32,000 nt of DNA from Micromonas sp. Lineage: Eukaryota. Below the pieces are notes generated by a model, which saw only the letters and a list, made by a program, of their open reading frames with translations, was not told the origin of the DNA and did not search any database. Positions 1-8,208 of the stretch are shown here, in pieces (the stretch's first letter is position 1; each line of letters begins with the position of its first letter). The position numbers and the translations under genes are program-made. The stretch is from the NCBI GenBank assembly GCA_000090985.2, contig CP001577.1, positions 868,925-900,924 on the forward strand, read 5' to 3'.

Positions 1-1919
1 GACGAGGTCCACCGCGAAGAGCGGACCAAACGCACTCTCCTCCTCGGGATTTTCAAACCGGACGTCGTTCGTCGCCGCCACCGTCAGCTTCGGCGCGCAC
101 CGATCGAGCACGAAATCTCGAAACCCCCGCACGTTGGACTCCGTCAGCGAACGCAGGGTGTCCTCCATGCGCAGCTGCGTCGTCTTGATGAACCGCTTGA
201 GCTTGCCGTACCCGTACGCCGTCTGATCCGTTTCCTTTAAATTGAACCAGCCTTTGCCCGCGGTTTTAAACCCGACGACGATCGTCTTGCGCACGGCGGC
301 GACCCACTTATCCCGCGCGACGCTCAAGTTCTGCAGCGCCTGCTTCTGCGCCCCTTCGAACTCCTCCAGCCGCGTGGGTTTGGGAAAGAGCGTTCGGTAC
401 ATGGCGTAGTTGCGAAGGAGCGCGGCGTTCTCCGCCGCGATGGTCATCTCCGCCGCGTACGCCTCCGGTTTCGTGAGCTTGGTCGCCTGCGCGAACGCGC
501 CGAAGGATTGCGCGAAATCGTACGGGGGCACGTCCTCGGCCGTCGCCTTGCGCGGCGCCGGGCGGCGCGTCAGCGATCGCGTCGGCAGGTCGTATCCCTC
601 GGGAGCCTCCACGAGCAACGCGTCGGCGTCGCCCTCTATGAGCGCGTCCGAGTCCCCGACGGGCGCCGCTGCTCCGCCACGCGCCAACCGCCGCTCGACC
701 CTCGAGCCGAGGCCGTGCTGGGGTTGCACGATGGCGTCGTCGAAGACGCACCGGTTCATCGCGCGCCTGTAGTCGACGACGACCTGCGCGACGTATTTCT
801 CAGTCGCCGCCGCGCACGCCGCGCTCGGGCGGAGCACCGTCTCGGCGGGCCCCTCGTCGTTTTCATCGGCACCCTCGGCACCCCCCTCGGCACCCCCCTC
901 GGCACCCCCACCACCCTCGTCCGGCGACGACGCGCGGTTAGGTCCTCGCGCCGGCACCTCGTCGAACGCCCACTCCTTGAACCGCTTGGACCCGCCCGAC
1001 GTCGCGACGCGGACGATTCGTTCCACCGATTCAACCGGGGGCGCCGGCGCGTCGACGTCATCCACAGCTGGCATCGAGTCGACGTAAAAGTCGGAACGCA
1101 ACGCCGCCACCGCCTTGGCCCTCGCCACGTACGCCGCGTGCCTCCTCGCGACGAACGCGGCCGGGTCCTCGGTGTCGAAGCACAGGTCCACGCGGTGCAC
1201 TCCCGGTAGGATTTTCCCGTTTTTGTCCAGTCGAACGTCGTACGTGTTCGACGAGGGATCGCCCGATACCAGCGAGCAGTGCGCCCAGAGCGGGAACCCG
1301 CTCTTGTTCGCCTTGGGATACACCGCGCACCTCGCGCGAACGCCGCCGTTCGGCGCGTTCACCGCGTCGGGCTCCAGCCACTGCTCGTTACTTCGGCACT
1401 CGTGCTCGATCCAGTCGTCGAAGAAGTGGAGCGACAACGCGTGGGGTTCGTTGACGAGTTCCTCGGCGCCCGGGATGCCACGGAGCGCGGCGTCGATGTC
1501 GCCGTCGAGCCGGTACTTTCGCTTCTTTCGCTCGATCTGCACGCGGCGCGGTACCGTCCCGGCGCGCGTCCGAAAGGGCGCAAACACCTTGGGCTCGAGC
1601 GCGAGCGGAATCACGGAATCGTCCTCGCGTAGGAGGTCCTCGAGGGTCTTGCGGGCGGCGGGCGGCGGGGACTGATCCGTCGGGCTCTCGGCCGCCGCGT
1701 TCTCGGCGCCGGGGGGCGTGCCGGGCGCTTCGTCCCCCGCGCCGCCGTCGTCTCGCCCACCCGCGGACGACGGCGAGGCTTCCTCGTCGCGGAGGGACGC
1801 GCCCCCGTCGTCGGTCGCGGCGTCGTCCGTCTCGTCATCCTCTCCCGGCAGCCGGTCCTCGAGGTTGAGGACGTCGGCCTTCGGGTCCGGGGCGACGGGT
1901 TTCTTGCGCCCGAAGCGCG
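1..1919 (-). CDS. Axonemal (single-headed inner-arm type) dynein heavy chain, N-terminal tail region. This is the main exon and the gene continues past the left window edge.
   Basis: The minus-strand frame whose codons end at nt 1 is open from 1956 down to 1. It is missing from the ORF track because it is open-ended. My hand translation reads ...ALSLHFFDDWIEHECRSNEQWLEPD...VHRVDLCFDTEDPAAFVARRHAAYVARAK...LEEFEGAQKQALQNLSVARDKWVAAVRKTIVVGFKTAGKGWFNLKETDQTAYGYGKLKRFIKTTQLRMEDTLRSLTESNVRGFRDFVLDRC... This matches my memory of the DHC_N1 stem region (GWFN..E....Y..SKLKRF.....M.D.LR). Third codon positions are strongly G/C-biased. Confidence 0.75.
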
Positions 1920-2067
1920 CTGTGATGTGAGGGACGGGGTCGATCGGGGTCCGACGTCAGCGGGGATTCGGGGGCGGGGCGGATCGACGGTCGTTGTTGA
2001 CGAGCGCGGGGGCGATTTTCTCGGGCGGTGGATTCCCAAATTGGGGATCGGTCGGGCACGGCCGCAC
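1920..2067 (-). other. Proposed intron (148 nt) of the dynein gene.
   Basis: It has a GTGCGG donor and a CACAG acceptor. A CTGAC branch-like motif sits about 40 nt upstream of the acceptor. The intron contains the in-frame stop at 1957-1959. Confidence 0.4.
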
Positions 2068-2086
2068 CTCGCGGCCCGGACACCAT
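2068..2086 (-). CDS. Proposed 19-nt first coding exon (ATG GTG TCC GGG CCG CGA G) of the dynein heavy chain gene.
   Basis: The main dynein frame has no ATG between its upstream stop (1957-1959) and nt 1. An ATG at 2086-2084 is followed by the donor GAG|GTGCGG, with GT at 2067-2066. The acceptor CACAG lies at 1924-1920. Splicing 2068 to 1919 restores the frame exactly: 19 + 1919 = 1938 nt = 646 codons. The N-terminus becomes MVSGPRARFGRKKPVAPDPK... Confidence 0.4.
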
Positions 2087-2405
2087 CGGGAGCGTTCCGA
2101 GGGCTGGCTCCCGGGTTCTGGCGCGTCCTTCGTCGCGCTACCTGTCTCTCCGATTCGGTGATGCGTCGCTAGCTCGGCGCTACTCGCCAAAGCGCTCGCG
2201 TCGCAGTGGTGACCTATCCGCACGCGAATCGAGTCGTAGCCTGGCCGTCCTGTCCGGACAGGACAGGAGCGCTGGGCCGCCTCACCACGGAGAGTTCAAA
2301 GTTTCACCGGTGGGAGCCACTCCGGTGGGACCGCTTCACGCCTAACCCTGAGCGGGCGGGCGGACATCGCCGGACCGAACGTTCGGCGGGGCGCGCGCGG
2401 TCGTC

Positions 2406-3365
2406 ATGGCGCCGGGTCCGGATCCCGCGCCGTCGCGGCACGCGAACCTCAGGTGAGAAGCCCTCGCGAAGCCCGCCTCGCGCGCCCCATCTGGGCACCC
2501 CACCTGACCGAGCCAGCCCTCCCCAACCCCATCCCCATCCCCATCCTCGCCTCGCAGGGTCGACGCGACGCTGGAGTTCCTCGAGGCCGCGATCCACCAC
2601 ACATTACACGCCCGCGGCGTCTACCCCAAGGAGCTCTTCGAGCCCCGGTCGCTCTACGGCGCCAGGGTGCAGCGCTGCAGGCATCCCGACCTCGACGCCT
2701 ACATCGGCGATGCCGTCTCCGCCCTGCGCCGGCCCATCGCCGCGGGCGACGTCAAGCGCGTGGTCCTCGCCATCAAGGACGACGACGCCGCGGCGTCCGA
2801 CGGGCCGCTCGAGAGGTTCACCTTCGATTTCCTCCTCCGCGACGACGACGACACAGCTGGCGGCGGCGACACAGCTGGCGGGTTGAACGGAGGAGGCGTC
2901 GCGGATGTCACCGGGGGCTCCGTTCGAGGACCGTCTCGCGCCGACGTGGATCAGTGCCAACGAGCCTTCGCCGCGTGCCTGAGCAAGATCGCCTTCTCCG
3001 ACGCCCTGCTGACGCCCCTGCCGCAGGCGGCGATGAACGCCGGGCGCCTTTCGTTCGAGATTGTCGCGTATTCCACTCGCGCGGGTGTCGCCGCACAGCT
3101 GTGCGCGGGCGGCAGTGGCCCCAACGAGTATACTTGCGAGTGGACCGAGGAACGCGTCGGGTGCGGGACGAGTTACGCGACGGGCGACGCGTCGCGCGAC
3201 GGCGGGACGGGTCCCGCGGGTGGGCGGGCGGCCGTCGGCGACGTGGAGCCCAGGTTGGAGTTCCGCGCTGGGACGGCGAAGGAGGTGGTGCCGGTGAAGA
3301 GCGCGGCGACGCCAATCGTCAACCTGGACGTCTTCGTGGAGCGAAGGAGGAGTTCAGCCGGGTGA
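2406..3365 (+). CDS. REV7: REV7 / MAD2L2 HORMA-domain protein (DNA polymerase zeta accessory subunit). Exons are 2406..2452 and 2558..3365.
   Basis: The spliced product reads MAPGPDPAPSRHANLRVDATLEFLEAAIHHTLHARGVYPKELFEPRSLYGARVQRCRHPDLDAYIGDAVSALRRPIAAGDVKRVVLAIKD...ERFTFDF...LSFEIVAYSTR...IVNLDVFVERR. It is colinear with human REV7 as I remember it (EFLEVAVHLILYVREVYP..F.....Y...V....HPELNQYI...VEKVVVVI...EKFVFEI). Total length is 47 + 808 = 855 nt = 285 codons. The track ORF at 2667 begins on an internal GTG. Confidence 0.9.
2453..2557 (+). other. Intron (105 nt) of REV7.
   Basis: The donor is CAG|GTGAGA at 2453. The acceptor is CCTCGCAG| ending at 2557. The tail is C-rich, with CCCCAT repeated three times, and contains a CCTGAC branch-like motif. 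The split codon AG|G is restored by splicing. Confidence 0.85.
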
Positions 3366-3549
3366 CGACGAGCGTGGAGATTTACTGGCACGTCGCGTGG
3401 AAGTGACGACGAGCGTGGAGCACGAGTGACGTTAGCTGTAGGAACTGGTGACCGGAGACGAAGAGACGTCCTAAAATTAGATGCAAGTATTCACATTCGT
3501 CGCGTTCTCGTTTCCATCGTACCTCTCCTCGTCCCAAATGGAGAGGACG

Positions 3550-4755
3550 TCACCGGGGCGAAACCCCCTTCCCCGTCCCGTCGTCGTCGTCCGCCTCCTC
3601 CCCCGCCGCCGGGGGCGCCTCGAATCCCACCCCGGGGTTGAACAGGCAGTCCACCAAGCCCTCGCACGTCCTGTCCGTGTGCTCGCGATACGAGTCGACG
3701 CACCGCTCGCTCGGCGTCTGATCCGCGCTCACCACGCACGCCGCCGCCTCCGACGGCGACCGGAGAATCGCGCCCGGCAGCTGGCAGAACTGCATCGTCT
3801 TCATGTGCTCCGCCTCGTCGTTTCGCACGTTGACGAAGACGTCGTAGAGGTTGTCGATCGACGGCCGCCGCCTGGCGCTCGCGACGCCGGACGCGGGGTT
3901 ACCTGTTAATAACAAAAAAAAACCACGTCATTCTAATTGCCCATACAAAGATTATCATAAAATAAACGCACCGGTTTGAAACTCGTCGAAGAGGAAGAGG
4001 TCGCCCTCGGTGTAGTAATGCGTCGCGATGGGGGGCGGCGGCTTGGACTTGAGCTCGAGCTCGTTCTCCTTGAGAAACTCGTCGTACGTGTGGTACGCGT
4101 GCTCCTCCACCTGTTCGCTCAGGTTGTACGCCATGCGGGGCGACACCAGATACATGGCGCACGCGATGAAGTAGTAAAAGACGGCCATGTGCTGCGCGAA
4201 GAAGCGGTCGGTGAAGCGTTTATCGCCGCCCATGCTCTCCATGATGAGCAGGTGGTGAAACTCGTTCATCGTCTGCGCGAAGTGTACCTTCAGGTAGTCC
4301 GCCCTGCGCCAGAATCCGAGCGTCTCGTACAGGTGAAGCACGGAGAGGAAGGAGAAGTACGGGACCCTGGCGACCGTCTCCAGCGCGTAAAATCGCGCGT
4401 AGCTCCGTCCCTCGTAGAGCTTGTCGATGACGAGCACCGCGGACCAGATGATGGCGGAGTTGATCGCGCGCTCGGCTCGCGGGATCAGCGACTGGTCGTG
4501 AACGTCGTCGGGGTACTCGGCCTCGTCGTAATCTTGCAGGCTCGGGAGTTGCGCGTTTGTCTCGTCCTCCTCCCTCTCGCTCCCGGGCGCGGGCGGTGGG
4601 TCGGAGATGGCTCGCGCGGTGACGACGCGCGCCCTGCGGTCGGCGGACGTCGGGCCACGACGGAGGCGCACGGCTGTGTTCCGAGGATCGCGGGTCGTTC
4701 GCGAGCGGCGGGCGGGGGCGAAGGCCACGGCCCGGACGGGAGCCACGGACGCCAT
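3550..4755 (-). CDS. PTOX: Plastid terminal oxidase (PTOX/IMMUTANS, alternative-oxidase family di-iron quinol oxidase). Exons are 3972..4755 and 3550..3902.
   Basis: Exon 1 reads ...RFYALETVARVPYFSFLSVLHLYETLGFWRRADYLKVHFAQTMNEFHHLLIMESMGGD...LSEQVEEHAYHTYDEFLKEN...FDEFQT. Exon 2 reads GNPASGVASARRRPSIDNLYDVFVNVRNDEAEHMKTMQFCQ...CEGLVDCL. The E..H iron-ligand motifs and the Cys-containing C-tail resemble Arabidopsis IMMUTANS. The N-terminus is Ala/Arg-rich and transit-peptide-like. Total length is 784 + 353 = 1137 nt = 379 codons. Confidence 0.92.
3903..3971 (-). other. Intron (69 nt, AT-rich) of PTOX.
   Basis: On the minus strand the sequence reads ACCG|GTGCGTTTATTTTATGATAATC...GTTATTAACAG|GTAAC. 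The split Gly codon G|GT is restored by splicing. The intron composition differs sharply from the flanking exons. Confidence 0.88.
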
Positions 4756-5143
4756 CGTAGATATTTGTCACGTTTCACGTGTCACACGTGCGCTGCTTTC
4801 TTCTCTCTTCCTCTCTCTCTTCCTCGCTCGCCGCCTCGCCGTGGAAGACTGACGCGCGAGTATCGCGCGTCCTGCTCTCGTCGCGAGGAGATCCGCGCTC
4901 TCGATGAAAGCGGAGAGCGTCCTGCTCTCGTCGAGGGTGCCGGGGGCTGCGGCCCGCGGCACTTTTTTATCGTTGCCCGAACGAACCGTCGTCGCTTTTC
5001 GTGTGAAACCGGATGCGCGCCACGCGCCAACAAGCTTCGGCACCCTTCGGTCAATCTCGGCCCCCGAATTAGATCACACGGACGCGCGTTGACGCGCGGG
5101 TGGAGGCTTGAGCGCGCGCGAGAGTCGATCCACGCGAGGCGCC

Positions 5144-6046
5144 ATGGTGCTCATCCACTGCAAGTACAAGGGCGAGGAGCAGCAGTTCCTCTACGAGACC
5201 ACCGTCGAGATCGGCGTCAAGGATCTGATCAAGGAGCTCGTCGAGGTGCACAACCTCCGCCTGAGGATCCAGCGAATCAAGTCCGAGGGCGACGACCTCG
5301 CGACCCACGGCCCGTGCAAGCCCCCCGACAAGCAAGGGCTCGACGAGGACATCCAGGCGGAGGCGGACGGCGTCGAGCTCCCGCCGCGCGGTCCAACCTA
5401 CTGCAAGGACCCCATCGGCAAGCGCACGGGCGACGCGCCCGTCCCGCAGGCGCAGGCCACCCTGCGCAAGGCTCTGGACGACGCCGCGGCCGCGGCGTCC
5501 AAGAAGCAGGTGGAGGCGAAGCATCCGCTCACGAAGAGGGAACTCATGGAGCACATCGACCTCATCCGCGGCGCCGTCATGATCGCCTACCCGATGGGCC
5601 TTCCCGAGTACGACCCGGTGCGCATAGACATCGAGGAGGACGAGAAGCCCTCGGAGACGCCGATTGGCATCGACATCCTCGACGAAACCGCGCAACTCTG
5701 GTGGGCGGGGAAGCAGATGCTGCCCGGGAACAAGCTCAGCGTTCACGTGGGCAGGAACGAGAAGACGAAGGTGGTGGCGAAGCTGACGAAGAAGGGCGCG
5801 GGCGCGCCCCAGCGCGAGAACCCGATCACCCCGGAGGAGCACAAAGCCATGCTCGCGTACTATCACAAGAGGCAGGAGGAGATGAAGCACCTCGAGCAAA
5901 ACGACGAGGACGACTACACCAACAGCGCGTGGGCCAACTCGAGGGCGCTGAAGAACCACTTCTCCGGGGTTGGAGGGGGGCGAGGCGTTTCCTACAGGGG
6001 ATTGGGCGGTCGCTCGTCGGGGTTCAACGGCGGTCAGACGTTCTAG
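5144..6046 (+). CDS. CFAP298: Cilia/flagella-associated protein 298 (C21orf59/kurly, Chlamydomonas FBB18 family).
   Basis: The product MVLIHCKYKGEEQQFLYETT...NLRLRIQRI...KKQVEAKHPLTKRELMEHIDLIRGAVMIAYPMGLPEYDPVR...AQLWWAGKQM...KLSVHVGRNEKTKVVAKLTKKGAGAPQRE...YYHKRQEEMKHLEQNDEDDYTNSAWANSRALKNHF is colinear with human C21orf59 as I remember it (MVLLHVKRGDE...KKQVEAG...LRGAVMIVYPMGLPPYDPIR...AQLWWAAKEL...VGKNEKTKIIAKIQ.RGQGAP.RE...YYHRRQEELKRLEENDDDAYLNSPWAD..ALKRHF). The first ATG is at 5144; the track start at 5108 is a non-ATG codon. Confidence 0.9.
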   Translation: MVLIHCKYKGEEQQFLYETTVEIGVKDLIKELVEVHNLRLRIQRIKSEGDDLATHGPCKPPDKQGLDEDIQAEADGVELPPRGPTYCKDPIGKRTGDAPVPQAQATLRKALDDAAAAASKKQVEAKHPLTKRELMEHIDLIRGAVMIAYPMGLPEYDPVRIDIEEDEKPSETPIGIDILDETAQLWWAGKQMLPGNKLSVHVGRNEKTKVVAKLTKKGAGAPQRENPITPEEHKAMLAYYHKRQEEMKHLEQNDEDDYTNSAWANSRALKNHFSGVGGGRGVSYRGLGGRSSGFNGGQTF

Positions 6047-6100
6047 CTATAGCTAACTTTTACCGTCCGAGCACCTTTGCGCCCTCGGCTCTTTTTCGCC

Positions 6101-7684
6101 TCAGCTGTTGACTCCGTCGGAGCCGTCGAAGAGCTGCCTGTTCCACTCCAGCACCCACTTACCCAGCGAGTAGTACACCGCGCCGTGACGCACCACGTAC
6201 AGCGCGCCCATCGCCGCCGCCGCGCCCAACGCGCCCGCATCCGCCGCCGCCGCCGCATCCGTGATTGTCGCCGCCCAATCCGTGCCGTCCAGAAACAGAA
6301 GTAACGGAAGCGCCGCCCACCGCACCGCGTTGTTCGCCCCGGGCGGCTCCACCCTCCACACCGCCCTCCACCGCTGCGTGCTCGGCTCCAAACCGAGCTG
6401 CTCCGTCAGCCTGCGCGTCAAACCCGGCATGTGCAGACCGCCGTACAGGAGGCTCACCCTCGAGACCCCGGGGGCGTCTAGCGCCTTGGCGAGGCACTCC
6501 GTCGCCACGTCGTTTCGGCGCTCCACCAACACGGGCACGTCCGCGCCCCCGCCCACAGCGCCCTTGGCCTGCGCGCTGACGATCATCTGCGCGAACGCCA
6601 AGCGCCTCGCGGCGATGATGTTCCCGCCCGCCAGCGAGTCCAGCAGCGCTCCGAGCACGGGCGCGGGCCTTCCGCCGCCCCAGACCCAGTCGAGTAAGAG
6701 TAAGTGCGCCTCGGGGCACGGCACGAGCCAGCAGACTAAACGCGTCGCCTGCCGCAGCGGGCCGCCCCCCGCGCGCCCCTTCGCGGTGACCACCAGCGCC
6801 TCGAGCGCGGGCGACGTGGTCGGGACGGATGGGCCGGGAACGGACCTCGACGACGTCGCCATCATCGCCTCGCCCGCCTCCGCCTGCAGACGCGCCAGCT
6901 CCTGCTTGGGCATATCCGCGACGTACCAGTTGTCGCCGCACAGGTCCAGCGCGTCCAGCTGTGGCACGAGAAAGTGCGTGTCCGCCAGTCGCCGGGCGTC
7001 CGGCGTGGGCGCCAGCGCGACGGCGAGTTGCGGCAGGAACGGGTCCCGGCGATCGCGATTGTGATCATCCTCATCTTCGTCTCCTCCGTGTCGCGCGCCT
7101 CCTCGTGTCGACTCGGGTGCCCGCCCCTCGCGCAGGTTCTCCTCCCCCGTGATGAGCTCGAAGAGCACGGCGTCGTAGTCCGCGTCGCATTCCTCCTGAA
7201 GGCCCTGGTAATACGTCGGATCCCCCACGTGCACGGTCGCCGCGAGCGCAACCTCCTGCGCTGGCGCGACGCACTCGCCCGTGGTCGGATCGAAGCGCGC
7301 GTTCCGTCGAAACACCGCGGTGGCGCTCTGCAGCTCCCACGCGCCGTCGCCGAGCTCCACGAGGCGGAGGTACTCCTTGATGGGCGCCGGTCTGGACGCG
7401 CGCGCCAGCCGCGGCGCGCCTCCCGAGAACGGGCCTCCCGGAGGCGCGGGCTTCCCGCTGCTCTTCGTCGTCGATGAAGCTCGCTCGCTCATCCTCCGCA
7501 GCCTTCGCTCCTCGGCCCACGAGATCTCCGGCTGCTCGTCGCGCGCCACCTCCTCGGTCCACCGGTCCTCGTCGTCGACGACCGCGGTCGGCGGGATGGG
7601 GCGCGGATGGTGGCGCCGGCCGGCCGTCGCGCGCCTCCCGGGCGCGGGCGCGCACCCCCGCCGGAGCGCGACCGAGGCGTGCAT
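6101..7684 (-). CDS. Conserved-looking protein of unknown function (528 aa). It may have a TraB/GumN-like fold and carries a hydrophobic C-terminal segment.
   Basis: This is one continuous ORF with strong GC3 bias. The first ATG is at 7684; the track start at 7714 is TTG. Segments such as ALAATVHVGDPTYYQGLQEECDADYDAVLFELITGE and ERRNDVATECLAKALDAPGVSRVSLLYGGLHMPGLTRRL loosely recall TraB/GumN motifs. The C-terminus (WAALPLLLFLDGTDWAATI...GALYVV) looks membrane-associated. The family call is weak. Confidence 0.7.
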   Translation of the reverse strand: MHASVALRRGCAPAPGRRATAGRRHHPRPIPPTAVVDDEDRWTEEVARDEQPEISWAEERRLRRMSERASSTTKSSGKPAPPGGPFSGGAPRLARASRPAPIKEYLRLVELGDGAWELQSATAVFRRNARFDPTTGECVAPAQEVALAATVHVGDPTYYQGLQEECDADYDAVLFELITGEENLREGRAPESTRGGARHGGDEDEDDHNRDRRDPFLPQLAVALAPTPDARRLADTHFLVPQLDALDLCGDNWYVADMPKQELARLQAEAGEAMMATSSRSVPGPSVPTTSPALEALVVTAKGRAGGGPLRQATRLVCWLVPCPEAHLLLLDWVWGGGRPAPVLGALLDSLAGGNIIAARRLAFAQMIVSAQAKGAVGGGADVPVLVERRNDVATECLAKALDAPGVSRVSLLYGGLHMPGLTRRLTEQLGLEPSTQRWRAVWRVEPPGANNAVRWAALPLLLFLDGTDWAATITDAAAAADAGALGAAAAMGALYVVRHGAVYYSLGKWVLEWNRQLFDGSDGVNS

Positions 7685-7766
7685 CTTCGAGTGACGATGA
7701 TGCACAGCTGGCAAAACTCGGCGGTCTCGCGTCCTCCTCTCTCATAAATAGGGTTCGCGCGCCACC

Positions 7767-8144
7767 ATGACCGCGGGCGGGGTCGACGACGCGGAGGTTG
7801 CGGCGGTGCATCGCGAGTCCATCGAGGCCGAGAAGGCGGTGGTGGATGCCCTCCGCAAGGACGGCACGTTCGAGCGCGTGCGCAAGGCGCTCATCGCGCG
7901 GTGCGTCGCCGACGGCGGGGTCCGCGCCAAGGTGGCCGAGTTGGTGGACGCGAGCGAGACGCTGCGACAGCGCGGCGCCGCGGGAGCCAAGTTCGACGAG
8001 CTGGTGGATCGCCTGCGGGAGGAGGTGGAGAAGGACGTGATGGGCGCGTTCGCGGACAAGGCGTGGGAGCTGATGACGGACGAGCGCGGGGAGGTCGGGG
8101 GCATGATCGCCGAGGCGGTCGAGAAGAGACTCGGCGAGCGATGA
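7767..8144 (+). CDS. Small BOD1 / COMPASS-Shg1-like protein (125 aa).
   Basis: The gene starts with an ATG in the context CACCATGA. The segment VVDALRKDGTFERVRKALIARCVADGGVRAKVAELVDAS... resembles the BOD1/Shg1 signature as I remember it (IV..LK..G.FD..R........). The rest is acidic and helical. GC3 bias is typical of the host. Confidence 0.6.
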   Translation: MTAGGVDDAEVAAVHRESIEAEKAVVDALRKDGTFERVRKALIARCVADGGVRAKVAELVDASETLRQRGAAGAKFDELVDRLREEVEKDVMGAFADKAWELMTDERGEVGGMIAEAVEKRLGER

Positions 8145-8208
8145 CGACTTCTGTCAAATCTCGCGCCCTCCCCTTGTAACAACATCCCATCACGACACCA
8201 CGTCTCTC

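Noticed and set aside
2206-3406. ORFs at 2206..2886 (+) and 2453..3406 (+) that overlap REV7 in other frames.
   Set aside because: Both are Arg/Pro-rich nonsense. The REV7 frame, with its 105-nt intron, explains the region and matches a known family end to end.
3976-6111. A 711-aa plus-strand ORF spanning the PTOX locus and the CFAP298 gene.
   Set aside because: It is antisense to the well-supported PTOX exons and out of frame with CFAP298. Its translation is Arg/Gly/Ala-rich nonsense with no recognisable motif. This is typical of stop-poor alternative frames in GC-rich DNA.
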